Made by a program: the position numbers and the translations under genes | In this document: one piece after another, positions 22,501 through 36,349 of the stretch | Position numbering within the stretch: position 1 is the first letter of the stretch | Layout: every line of letters begins with the position of its first letter | Notes under the pieces: model-generated | The model's database searches: none | The model's input: only the letters and a program-made list of their open reading frames with translations | Told to the model about the DNA's origin: nothing | Assembly (NCBI GenBank): GCA_051362555.1 | Contig: CM120640.1 | Coordinates: forward strand, 5,952,001 to 6,016,000 | Length of the DNA: 64,000 nucleotides | Source: Lingula anatina | Lineage: Eukaryota; Animalia; Brachiopoda | Direction of reading: 5' to 3'

Positions 22501-25500
22501 TCCCTTACCTTTCCTGGTCTTGGCTGTGGCACATTACTTTCTTGAACTGGAAGCCAGTTGGATGTGGCATCCTTTTGTTCCTTGAACTTGCCATTGTTGA
22601 ATACATCTTCTATGGTTGACAAGTCAAAAGTGCACACTGCTGAACCATAAAACCCATTGCTGAAATATGATACAATGTAACAACCATGAGTAACACTACT
22701 AGTGACAGGGAGCAAGATGAAGGGTGCTGCAATATTACTGATACCTTATGTTTGTACATAAAAAAACATCACCTTTGAATTAATTATCTTCCAGAAGTTG
22801 TGAATAAATTGGCCTGTGCTGCAATGAGAGAATAGTCAGATTAAGGAGATATAACAATTAGAATAAAATGCAAACAGAAAGCTGAAATGTACTTACAGAT
22901 TTGTTGTAAAAGTAGCATAAAATGTATTGTTCACTCTAACAACATCCTCTGAAAGAAAGGAATAGAAAGCTATAAACAGACATGTCTACAACATATTAAA
23001 TCAAACTGCAATTTCAATCCAATTTAAAGAAAGTGTGAGTTGTAAGCAAGTCGTATACTTTCTTCATTCTGAAAATCTTAAGACTGCCTATAACGTAAAA
23101 AAATATGATGGTATGAAAATGGTTGTCTACTTACGCAGCTCATTAAAATAAAATGGAAACTCTCCAGGCAGTGAGCAGTTGAGTCTCGCCTTGAGATAAG
23201 TGGTCCAGTTGTCTTTTAATGCATTGCGCCCTCCTTTGTCATCCTAAAATATGTAAGCAGTACATGTAATCTGGAGACTCATCATAGCCATGCCCAATGC
23301 ACAAATCATGCAATTTTAAATTTGGACAAATAGATTGATTTAGTCATATCTTCTTCTGTATTTGATACTTAGTGATCTTTATCATAATGGAAAAATATCA
23401 GGTACCATGCCAAATAATATTAAAGATAGAAAATTATGGGTATCTTGAGGATGTAGCAGAAATTAACAGAAAAAACCAGTTGGTTTTATGAATCAGCTGC
23501 CATGTTTTGCTTCTCCAAGTTTGTTCAAAGTTAAGGCACACACTGGATGTGAATGCAGTAGATGAGCTGTATTCAAATGTGTTGGGTTGTTCCATAACCT
23601 CATCTTTCACAAATTCAAAGGTAATATGGGGACTTTCATCTTCAACCACAATCTTACATCTTTGCTCTTACTTGTATGTGTAAACTTTAAAAAAACAAAG
23701 GCAAAATTTTATCTTCTCCAAAACAATCAAATGAACCAGAATCTGGAAAATATTTGTCTTAAAAGTGTTCTTGTTTGTTTTTGGCATAAATGCAAATCTG
23801 CATCTTTGGGTTGCAGCAATTACAACAATATCTACATTTTAATCTAACAGCATACCAGTCGGTATATAATTGCTTGTATCTATAACATACCTTGCATACT
23901 CGAGCCACTCTGGCATAAACTGCCTTCCCACAGTTCACAAACTCTGCCGCTGTCTCTCGGAAAAAGAAATACACGTACTCCTCATCATCTGTACTGATGT
24001 CAAAAGAGGCAACAAAATGTGGTTCTGAAAAGAGATTTAAATTATACCTAAAATTTTGAAATAGTCAGCTACGTCAGATATTTGAGAAGCTTGTTGAGGT
24101 CAGTGAAATATCTTGTGTGAGTAATAACATCATTCCAGCTTCACAGGCAGGTCAATAAATACAGTAAAGTCATTTTAAGATTGAAGACTTAATGAAGACT
24201 CTTTGCCACAGGTTTAAGACAACCCAATTAGCCCAGCTCAGCTAGTTCTAATTAAAGGCACAAATTGCTGTATTAAGGTGAATGCATTCTGTTTAAGATC
24301 ATTTCTCTTCCCAGATTGACTTTGGTCTCAATTGTACTTAGACTATTACAATAATATAAAGAGGGCTATTTTCCAAACCAACAAACCACATCTCTTTATT
24401 TACTGAATTTTTACAAATAACTATGGTCACAAAAAAGAATGTAAAGTACTAATCTTCACAAGATTTGTAATTCAAATGTATTCTTGGACAAAATCAAACG
24501 TCATGATTTCGTTATGACAGTCTATCACTGAGACAACATCCAAACATCAGCAGCTTCAACCAAAAGAGTGCAGCAGTCATCCACAGAGAGTGAAGATCTG
24601 AATAATTTTCTGAAACTCAGCAGCATATGTTTACTGCTGCCCTTTGCAAGAGTGATAATATTACTCCAACGAACAGATAAATGTTATAAAATCAACAAAA
24701 CAGCATAACTACATTATCTGCAATCTCATGCCTCCTACACTGATTTTTGTATTGCTTACTCGTGATCATGCTTCTAGCAATATCATGGTGCCTTTGTTTG
24801 ATTAAAATGGTGAAAACAAAGCCATTGTTTTTTCATTGCACTTAATCTGTACCTAGATCAATATATTCTAAATGCTAATTCAAATATATCACTCTGAAAC
24901 CACTTAGTACCACTATGGATACAGTGGACGTGTTTGTTTAACATTTGTATTTCAATCACTATATAATACATTCAAACATGCATAACCTTTCTCTACTGAG
25001 ACCAATGGTAAAAGACCTTATCTGAATGAAGATCTCAGAATATAACCTACTAGTGTTCCCGCCTCTGTAATAATACCTATTTAGATTTTTTTCTACAACA
25101 TTCTGTGGTTATTTTAATAGTTAGGTCCTATAAAAATATGAATGGGATCTTTTTATGGCATTTCCCCTATAGAGATAAAATGCTGAGATAAAAAATTTCA
25201 TTTTCAGTAAAACTAAAAGCAGAATTCACCAGACCGTATACATAACAGGTAAAAAGTTAGAAACAGGTGTTACAAAGAGGGCACAGTTACTAAATTAACT
25301 CATAAAATGATTATGATATAAAACAAGAAGCTTCTCAACTTGTATATTGTGGTCTGAATTTGTCCTTATGGTAACTATATGAGGTATTCACCCATAGAAT
25401 AATCTTCAGCAGATCTAAAAATTCCAAAAGTGGATTAGACTTTTTTCACAGTGCGTTTCCTAGTTTTTGGGGAAATGCTAGAAGTCAACTTTTAGCTTTA

Positions 25501-28500
25501 GCATAATTATAAACAACTGATAATATATCTGACAGAGACAGGCACCAAATCCTCATATAACCACTTGAAAACCAACTTATGATATAGGCGGCATCCTTCA
25601 AAACTGACCATTATACATACCAAATTGCCCAAGAAAAAAAAAGTTCTACAGAAAAAACACACACATAGGTCTATATACTGAAAAAGAACAGGAAAGCTCC
25701 CAGCAGGATTGGATCTCTCTAACCATCTGTCTGCTGGTTATTCTGAGAGCTCGCCACCAGTGTAATACCTTCTACTGCCAGCCTGTGCTGTCAAATAACT
25801 GATCAATACCAGATAACACCTTCCTCAACAATATATCAAAACTTGCCTGTTGGGAATGCAATGCGCACCAGCATGAAAACAAATTCATGGCTTCAGTTTC
25901 CCCAAGATCAATATCAGACAATTTCTTAATTTTGAGCTGGTGAATGAGGTATTTCATTGAGGTTTCTTAGTTTGTTCTTAAGGCCATCTGTCATTTATAC
26001 AAAAGATATTTCTTCATGAGGGTTCTAAAAATTAGTTTATCTTGGATATCAACGCTTGGGGAATTTTGTAAAATCCAATTTCCCAAAATCCAAGGGGAGT
26101 TTCAAATGGCGAGAAAAGAGCCCTGAATTTTCTACATTAATCATATCTTACAAGCTACATGCAGATTTTTATCTTTTATAATTTCCCCCTTGTTCATTTC
26201 ACTCTGAAGTCTATGAAACCTACCATTAAGCCACTTGGAATCATAGCGCACAGTTCTCACTAGTTTGCTCTCAATATTTCCATCTTTGCGTATTTCAGGT
26301 CTGTAGATTACAGGGTCGGACTTGACAGCATCTGCCACTGTACCAGAATACAAGACTGATACATTGCCAGGGTTGCCTTTCTCTGAAAACAATTGAAAAA
26401 ACTTTTGAATCACATTAATAATTAAATAAAAGAAAAAATAAAACGAAGGAAGCATTTTGGTAATGCTTGAATAAATAACATGTAAAAAACTGTGATAACA
26501 ACAATAAAAGATGTAATGAAAGATGATATACTTGTCATCATACCTGGAGAAAACACTATTATCAAACTTGCCTCCCGAATTTTCCAAGTGGCAGAAGTTC
26601 AAGTCAGGGGAAACAGCCATTTAATTTAGAAAGAATTTTTTCAAAGATGATGTCAAGATAAAGAAAAATTAAATTTGGAGAGGATTCAAGTGAAGGTGAC
26701 TATACAAACACATGTAGGTGTGTGCCTATTAACACCATGTATATAACCCTGTATAGGCATTATTTCAAGTCAAATGTGTGAGGTCTTAAAAGTTTGTATC
26801 ATAGTTGAGGGTGATGAGAGAAAAGGTCATGAATGCTTTTTACATTGAATCAGACTGGTTTTCTCACAACATATTATACAGCATTTCCAGTGTTACTTAA
26901 ATAAATCCAATCAGCTTAATATGGTTCGCATCTGTCATCAAATAACTCCCCTGTAAAAACAAACTTAGGATCTTCCAAATGAAAAAAAAGCATAAAACAA
27001 AACAAACCTCTGGTCTACTGTTGCAGACCTCACATCTTTTCTGTTGGAAATAGAATTTCCCAGAAACTGATGCCAGTTTTTTTTCTTACTTTTTTTTGTA
27101 CAAGAAACAATTTAATTTGCTGCCATGGGAAAGTTCAATGCTTGCTAAACCTTGGTGCACCTAAGGTCTTTCTCTTTGGTTTAAGTAATAAACACATACA
27201 CTTTCAATTTAACATTGGTACTATAAAAATGCTCTTTTTTAAAAGAGTTTTATTGTTATAATCCTAAACTTCTACTTTTGTAATGTCAACAGCACCACAA
27301 TTACAAATAATGAGAAACTGCCTCAAAAATATTTTAGATATATACTTATATAAAAAAACAGCTTTACCTCTCAACTAAACAGTTTGCATACACAAGCATG
27401 CCTAATGAGTGTGTGGTTGTGTGAGTGCATGCATGCATACACGTCTGTACGTGTGTGCTCTACTTACCAACCCAGACTGCTGTAGCATTATCATCAGGAT
27501 CAAATGGACATTTGGCCACTCCACTGCTGGAAGTTCCATTTTTTCTTACAGTCAGGTTAGCCTGTAACAAGTTCAAAAGTCATTGATAATCTACTTTTTT
27601 CACATAGCAATTATGTGCCACAACTTGAAAACACTTATGTAGTCTTGTTTACTTTAATTTTGGTATAATTTTTACAGGAAATAAATTGGCACAAGAGCTA
27701 CATTGTGTATGGAGTAATGAAAGTGGATTCACATCCTTACTAGTAATTTCAACTCCAACACTTGCATACCCACAAGAGCTTTTGAGTAGAAAACTTCATT
27801 TAAGTCAAATACTATGCTTTCTTCCTGCAACAAAGTCTCTTTTAATTCCATTTAACCCAAACAAAGAAATTAGTTTATCAAATGTTAGACTCTTTCGAGA
27901 GCACTTGGCATGTATCAGTTTCACAACAGGAGATCTCTTTCCCCACAGAAATCCTATAACACAATTCACTTCAAATTCAAATCCAGGTAGACCGGAGCTG
28001 GACAAAGTATTCAAAAGCTGGCAACAGCAGTGTTTAATTTGCAAGCAGGTCCAAACTGAATTACTTATTGTTTAAATGCTGGTCATTTCTCCTCAAATCA
28101 TTTCATTGAAAAAACTGAATCCCCATACTCTGACTCAGATGGATTAGCGTTTATCTCTATGCTAGAAGGAGGAGAAATGCAACTGACTACATTGTGGACT
28201 TACAAATAGAATGAAATCCTGTGGCTTCTTGGCTCCTGTTCCACAAATATAGAACTCGCTGTCATCTTTCTGCCAGACAATCACTCTCACATGATTTCCA
28301 CATTGGAAACACTGAAAATTAAACCAAATAACAATTTTAAGTGTGGAAATAAAAACTGTCATCAAAATTCCAATGGTAAGAAATTGCAGCTTATTGAAGG
28401 CCATGAAAAAGTCAATGTCATTATTTTTTCATATAACTATATTTTTAGACAAAGCTTTTGTTAGTCCTAAGCCCATCAAATGGCTTCAATGAGTCTTTGT

Positions 28501-30466
28501 TCTTTTGAAAAAGTCAATCAATTTCAAGGCCAATCTAATACTGATCAAAAGACTGCTTTGCAGAATTCCACTTTTGTTTTAATAATCTAACAATCAAGTA
28601 TTCCATCAGGCTTTCAATATGTCAAGGCCTCCCAACATCAGAAAATGCCTCTTTTGTTCCATGATAGATTTCCATCAAGATCTAAAATATTTATACTAAA
28701 TGAGCCATACATCAAACAACCTCTTTATAATTTAAGAAAATTATGATGCCCATTAAAAATTTTGTGTTGTGTTAATCCGTCTTTAATGGCTTTAAATTGG
28801 CACCACTGAAAAGTTCATTTTTATCCCTTTTTAAAACAAATCTTCATTGGTAAAATTAAGCTGCATAGAATTGGAGCTTTATTAATATCCCATTATCATA
28901 CTTAAAAATACCATTATGAAGACAATTTCCCAAGAAAATTTAAAACAATTCATTTTGATTGCAAAAGAATGTTAGGTACCTTGCTGCTTGTGCTTCCCTG
29001 TTGATTGTTTGTGTCGCAAGTTTCATAATTTTCTGGGTGTATAGAATTTGATGATGCCTGCAAAGGAAAAAAATAACAATCAAGTAAATGATATTGAAAT
29101 TTCATTACATCACTAAATTGCTAAGTGACTTCAGATTTTTGTGAGTAAACCATGTCAATAACATTTTAGCTTTTAAAGATATCAACTCAAATCTAACAAA
29201 CAGATTAATTTTTCTAGAGGGGAAAGGGAAATGTGGGGCCAGCAGCTCCTGCAGGCTCAATCTGAGGCAATGCAAAGAAAGTTTTAATTATGACCACTGT
29301 TTCAGTTCACTGCCAAAGAAAATTTGCTATTTCCGTTAAGGGAACAAACCAATTGCTCTGGAAGGATACAGATAGCCAGAGACATAAAATGAGAGATTTG
29401 GTGCAACCAGGGTATAACAGAAATAACTGTGGCACCTTCAGAAGATTTTACTTTTACATCAGTAAAAGTAGCCCAAATTAATTCAAGAAGGGACAAAGAA
29501 AAAGTATAAAATTCTTGAAACTTTACCATGTGTCATTTGGACATCCAAGATGACTTTTGTGTGTAAAAGAAGAAATAGTAGAAATTGACACAGTGCATGA
29601 TATGCTTGTAGGCAATGAGAGCATAATGCACAGACAACAATACTTACACTGTCACTTATATTTTCTAGGTTCAGTTTGAATACATAATCCCTGAAAAAGA
29701 AAAAGATCAACTTGTTACTCGACCTGACAGATACACAACATTACCATCAAGTCAATTTATTCTTCTTAACTTATCTTCCTCAGTAATACATATATTGCAA
29801 GATAATTATAGAACACTAAAATGTTTGCACAATAGCAATGAGATAACACATCTGTCTTTTCTCTCTTTTTTTTCTTAGGTAGAATATTCATAAAATATTA
29901 CCTGGCACCAACAAATAGAGCAGGAGATCCAGAAGCATTTAATATCTCCAAGTAGCGGTAGTATCCCTTATAACTACAATTACTGTTGTAATTTTCACTT
30001 TTGAATACTACTGTGTTGTCTGCAAAAAATTTAAGAAAAAACATAAATATAATAAACACACACAATTTTAGCTAGTTGGTGTGTACATCTGAGCAAATGC
30101 AAACAAACAGAATTCAGTTACTCAAAAGAAAATACTATTTTGAGTGTGGGAAATGTTAACATTCTTTCAAAAAGGCATAAATCCTGCAGTACAAAGGACT
30201 AGATTTCCTAGCATATTCACATGTAGCTTTGTGGAATAGAGCGTATAATCAAAGTGTATAAAAAAGCTCAGAATGAGAAACAAATGGACAAAAGGCCACC
30301 ATTTCAAGCATTTGAACCAGCATGAGTTGGAACGACAATGTCAGAAATATCCTTTTCTTCTTATTTGCATGTTCCGTCCTTCATTGACACCTAGTTACAT
30401 GATAACAAACAGTTTGTTTTATATCATCTGATAGCTCTTAGCCCATTCTATTCCACTTATTATCAA

Positions 30467-30498
<32 letters not shown>

Positions 30499-33400
30499 GA
30501 GGGGCTTAATAAGTACATGCAATCATACCACAAGATAACTAACTTTTGAAAGTAAACCCAGCACAGGAAATATTAAATATTCAGACACTAGAACCGCAGA
30601 CAGATGATACAACTTGCCATTGCTTGGTTGCAAACAACTGCTCAGATGTATTTCATCATAAGAAAATTAAAGAGTACATGTACAAAACCACAGGTCATGT
30701 CAAAGTACTAAGATGGAAAGATGCCTTTCAATGATAAGTCCAGTTAAGTATAAAAAATTCCACGCACCCCTCTGTGATGTGGGTTTTTCTCGATTCATAT
30801 AGCGTTAATCTCAAAATCCATCCTGCATACATGAATGATTTATACTGCGCCCTCAGCTAATTGAGATCTAGCCCACACAGCACTTCATATACTTCATATC
30901 ACTATGACTGGAGTGACGAAAAAACTGACTAAGTCTCATCTGTTTTACAGAGTGTAATTCGTGTTCTATAGAGATTCAGTAACTAGTCTAGGCTAGACAC
31001 ACAGCAGGATTATCAGGTCCCAGGGGAGTAATTATGCTCCTCTGCCAGTTTCTCATCTCATTTTACTTCTGAAGGGACAAGTTATGACTTAACATTAGCT
31101 AAAAAATTTGATTTTTCATAGAAATGATTAATGATCTTTCTGATCCTTCACAAGGTTGGAGACAAAAAAACTTGCAAGGTACTTAAAAAAAAAAAAAAAG
31201 AAATACTGGAGAACAAAAGTTTCTGAAAGAAAGCCGCTGTATAATTGCCTTCTCACTTGCTCTAGAATAACAAACCATTATAAAGCTTAAAAGAACAAAT
31301 ATCATGAAAATGCTTTCAAAATCCCATGCCATCCTACTCATAAACAAACTGTTCTGTCAGAAGAATTGCAGAAACTTGCCAAATATCATTCATATGACAA
31401 CTTCCATAAAATAGAACTATAAGATAAATCAGCTTACATGCTGGAACAGTTCCAAAGCATAACATGCTTTGTGCTGGAAAAAATGATTAGTCTTCCAGTA
31501 AAAAGATTATACCTCTTTTTCACCAGTCACCAATCACTGAGGAACAATATCTGCCTCTACACAGGGTGCCCCCGCTGGCACATTTTAAAGGCACAATAAG
31601 ACATTGTAGATTGATTACTACTTTATCCCAGCATGGAAGATATTGTCACAGCCACGGCTTGTCTTGGTAGGTGTCCAGGTTCACAGCAATAATCTCGTTA
31701 AAAAATATATGTCCATCCACAATGCAGCTCAGGTGTTACATGATTAAAAAACTTGAGAGCAGACTGCCGGTGGTTTGAATCCACTTCACCCAGTGTCAAA
31801 CAATCAACATAAATGTCAAAGCTGATTTAATCCAACCACTAGCCTCAATCACACAAACAAGTTGTCATTGAGGTCAAAATTTTGGAAACTATCAGATTTG
31901 GCATCTTAGAAAAAAAAAAAGAGTTGTAATTCTGTCTTGTAGTGCCAGATGTAAAATCCAGCTGATCACATCTGGAGACTTTATCAGTGGCAGTAGTAGA
32001 ACTGTGTGCTCAATGTCAGAGTTGACTGACAATTTTTTTTTCAGAATCTGGCTTGTAGATTTGCAAAATTCAGGAATGAAAAAAAAACATGCTAATTAAA
32101 TAAAAAAAATGAATAGAAATATAAAGATACAGGGAAGGAGAGATATGATACCTTGCAGCTAATTAAGTGTGAAATTGGTGGTCAGTAAACCCACATTGGT
32201 CAGCAGATGTTAAGCTACTCTTTTTTAATTTAATGAGAGGGATTAAAGAAAAAGAAACTTGTAAAACTGTCATCATGAAGTAGACTATGCTAGTTAACAT
32301 CTCTACTTGATGAAATGTTCTCAAAAGTGTTCATTGTTGGATGACAAAAAATAAAGTTCTTTGTGCTTGGTTTTACTAGGGCAGAACTGTCAGATGCTAA
32401 ACATATGAACACTGGCTGGATATAAAAGACTTCTTGTCAAAGGACTGATTGTCAGATTTTTTTTTTTTTTTTACAAATCCTTATTTCACGTGGTAAATTA
32501 CTGATAAAATGGAAGAAGGAAAACAACCCTCTCTCTGACACTTGAAACACAGATTTAAAGAAGGAAAGCACACACTACAGAAAGCAATCAACCTCTTGTC
32601 GTGGTGGGGCCTGTGGATTGAAGAATTTTATCTTTATACTGCCTGCATAACAAGTCTTTATAGCAAGGCAAAAAAGCAAATGCCCAAGAGAAACCTAACC
32701 CAGTAAAGCAACAGTGCTCTGTACAGTACAGAAAAGTCACATGATATTAGGGATAGATAGCCATTCAATAAAAGACTGGTTTATTTTTTCTCTGAAACTG
32801 AGAACCAAATTCAACGACTTGAATCATATTTGATGAAAAGACCCCTTGGGTAAGCACTGAAATCAATCCTGGAAGATAAGATACTCCCTATTTTACTTGC
32901 CCCCCAAAAGTAATATCAAGATCTTCTTGAGACATCTTGAAACTGATGGAGTGGAAAAGAAAGGTACCCCTTGAACCTGTGCAGTATGCCTTAATTCCTG
33001 ACCACTGGCTTTTCATTCAAAGTATTAGTACTGGAAGTTTGCACACATTTGAAAGGGTGCCGTTTCATCGGATAATTATTAGAATGATTATATAAATACC
33101 TATGAGGTAAATGTGGTCAAACAAACACCAGTGAGATATGCTAATGTTTAAATGTTTTTCTATGCCAAACACAAAACCAGCGGTGTTTGAAAACAACAGA
33201 CTGTTCAGATTAAACTCTGTGGCAGAGGAAATAGAGAAGGTGTACTGAATAGGGGTATAACAAGACTGTGATTTAAAATAATAAAAACATGTGTGCATGG
33301 CTCTTCATAATTTAATGCACCACAAGGCATGTCTATTGATTTGTTCTTCTAATTCTTATAAATAAACTTTCTTTGGTTTTATCCATAATGTTCATACTCC

Positions 33401-34744
33401 ACTAAACAGACTTGAGTTTATGCAGGTGAAACTAATTCCCCTATAAATCTATGGTTCTATCTTAAAAACTTTGCCCCCAGGTCAAGTGATCCTGCCCTGA
33501 GTGGCTTGGGAAACAGTCCTTGAAAAATTCAATTTCCCAGTAACATTTTTTGGCAAAATGATATTGGGAGTGTGAGACAACTTGGCTGGAATACTAACTC
33601 ACTAACTTGTTTTATGTGAAACAGACTGAACTCTGTGTGTCTTTTCAGTTTGCAACCAACTAGAGTTAATCTTGGCCAAAAGAAATGTTTTAATCATCAA
33701 AGTGGGAATGCACCTGAAGACTGACCACACAACAGGTGATTAAGTGACCACTGGAGGTAAAAATGACCACCTGCTTGATGTCCATACCCTTATAAAATCA
33801 AGTTCTGGTTCTGGAGTTGGGGGTAATCTGAACTGGAATTTTAACAACAATACACTTCCCTTATTGGAACCACTTGCTTGTTGGTGTTTTAATGACAAAA
33901 AATCAGTTATTTATTTAAACTAATGGTGTTACCCTTGTAAAAAGAACCGAGAGACTTCTGATACAAATTTTGTTGATTGGGTTAACTTAGATGGCAATGT
34001 GTTTGATAAATTCTCCTGTCTACCAACGGTCTAACTGAGGCTTGCGACACACTTTTTAGTCCCTTCACATCGTTTTGATTTGAACTCACATGGTTTTATA
34101 GCCATTTCAAAATTTTAGGCAATAATGTGGCACTGAGAAAATGGCTTGAATCTAGTATTTCAATGGTTGAAATTCCTATTCCAAAGTTTCCAACAGTTTT
34201 TGCAAGTGAAACATGCATTACTAGGGTGCACATTTAACCAACAAAGCACCATTTGCGTCAATTCATATTTAAGCCATTACTAAGGTAGGCGACTATTTGG
34301 CCTTTTAAAGAGGAACTAAAATCTAATAAAGCATCTCTACTTAGTGACAGTGAGAGATGAAATGATAGAATTTAATCTGAAACCTTTTTTTTTCTAAATC
34401 GAATTTCAAAAACTACCAAAGGTGACAAAGAAAATAATCAATTTCATCTCAGAATCAATATGTTTCCAAGTTATTCCTGGATATTGACAGACAAAAGGAT
34501 TGGTGGTATCCAGAGAGGGGCTGGCTGACTATAGTCTGTATATTGGTTTGGTATAAAGCACACTATGTGCCGTATGGTACCATACCATGTCTAATGAGGA
34601 CTATATGTATGAAGGAAAACAGCTTCAATCTCCCTATTCCTACCTTCTGGGAGTAAAAAGCATGGTTGCAGTCTTGACTCAATAACACTGACAGTAAAAA
34701 TATGTGTAGCAAACACTGGCAAATGTTAAGTCAATATTAAAGAA

Positions 34745-34795
<51 letters not shown>

Positions 34796-36349
34796 CAAGA
34801 CTTAATAAAAGTCATGATTACAATGCAAATAGTTTTTTTTTCTAGCAACATTTGATCTGTGAGTGCAAACAGCTGGCTATGAATGTGCACTTGAAGAATT
34901 TAATACCATTGTTTTTTTTATCAAAATTAAATATAAGAGTCATTATCAGATAAGCAGTAAAAGTCATCATTATAGTCTATATGATAATCACAAGGGGGCC
35001 ACTATTTTTGGGAAGTCATTATCAGATGTATGTACCCTTAGCATATAAAATGCTTGCTGACTCATCTCTAGTACTTATCACCTCAAAACCTGGGTATGTT
35101 GAGAGACAAATCAAGAACTCAGAAAACTCAGGGTGCCCAAATGAGCTGGTCTTGCATAAAATTGTCGGTGATGACAAAGAAGGGCTAAATGTGGTTTTAT
35201 TTTCATCAAGGGCATTAAGGAAGTAAATTAAGCTCTTTAAAAAAATTAATTTTGCAAAATTGCAATTTCTGCTTCAGTCTGACTTCATTTCAGACTAAAC
35301 AATTAAGTTAATCTATATTTTTTTAAATTCATCTTTACAACCCACTAACTGGCTGTAAATGAGTCTGAAGTTTACATCAGTTTTGGATAAGGTTTCAATT
35401 CAATACCAGCCACAGGGGAGACATTTCAAAATCAGCCAGTATTTAACCTAACGCTGAGTAAACAAACTTAAGTACCAAAAGTATTTTTTGGTTGTCTCCT
35501 TGTTTATAAATCTTGGCATTTGTAGTGATTTGTTACATTGTTTTGCCTATCCCTGCTTATATATAGCATATATATAAGAGGTTCCAGAGAGTGAAAATAA
35601 GTCAAAGTATTTATATCTTTTGCTGAACTTTTTTTCCCCTGAGCATTGAACCCACATGTGTTATGACTCTCCAGTCAGTAGCCGAAAGCTGCAGGGTGCA
35701 GTGACAGTTCTCAAAACCACCAGTTCTCACCAGTCTGGCGTGGGTTTTCTACATAACTGTTAGAATGCTCATTTCTATTGTTGGTGCTCACTTGATCAAC
35801 TAGAACTGGGTAAGGGTCAACAACGAACATTACAGCATGAGTCAACACTGTTGTTGATAACGACTTGTTGTAGATACCTAACATCCTGGTTATAGCATTA
35901 GGAAAATTGATCGACAAAAAATGCTGTTGGAATAGGACATAAACCTATGGATTAATTATCTAAAATATATGTGTGTAGACAATTTAATTGCAAGACTAAT
36001 ATCAATATTCACTCTACATTTTACATACTAGTCTATATACAAGGTTGTTAGAAAATATAGAAAAAATGAGTGGATGGCCTTATAACTGAGGGTCTGAGGG
36101 CAGCTTCAGGCAAAATTAAGATACTAGTATATGACTTAGGGATAAAATCATATTACATTTCTAAATAAAAAGCTTAATTTGTAAAAGTTGAGGAAGCATA
36201 TATATTTATAATACATGTATTGTACTGAACTTACCTGGTTTTATAAGAGTATACTGGGATGATCCCGATTCCCACAATGTAAGTATTATACATAGAACTA
36301 CAAGTATATGCCACCAGCAATGGTAGTAGATGTTGTACAACATTTCCAT
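19535..36349 (-). CDS. Sema2a: Secreted class-2 semaphorin (Sema-PSI-Ig), Semaphorin-2A-like; 17 coding exons, ~676 aa
   Basis: Minus-strand exons, total 2031 nt, phases consistent: 36349-36235 (signal peptide [31 protein letters not shown]), 30019-29902, 29690-29648, 29057-28980, 28311-28204, 27561-27468, 26382-26224, 24024-23891, 23243-23135, 22948-22897, 22659-22509, 21784-21598, 21305-21172, 20851-20691, 20356-20100, 19809-19727, 19582-19535 (TAG). Motifs: [100 protein letters not shown]...WLPV...[24 protein letters not shown], Ig EGEYTC, and a Sema2-type tail [12 protein letters not shown]. No TM segment. The 2a versus 2b assignment cannot be resolved from the sequence. Confidence 0.92.
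30467..30493. repeat. (AG)n microsatellite
   Basis: Run of AG dinucleotides in a semaphorin intron. Confidence 0.9.
34743..34795. repeat. (TAAA)n microsatellite
   Basis: Tandem AATA/TAAA units. Confidence 0.9.

Noticed and set aside
19535-36349. The semaphorin as the split-off Sema-PSI head of the neighbouring MET-like gene
   Set aside because: Its Sema domain has semaphorin-specific class-2 motifs, an Ig domain and the Sema2 tail, and it is on the opposite strand. It is not a MET/plexin-type Sema domain.
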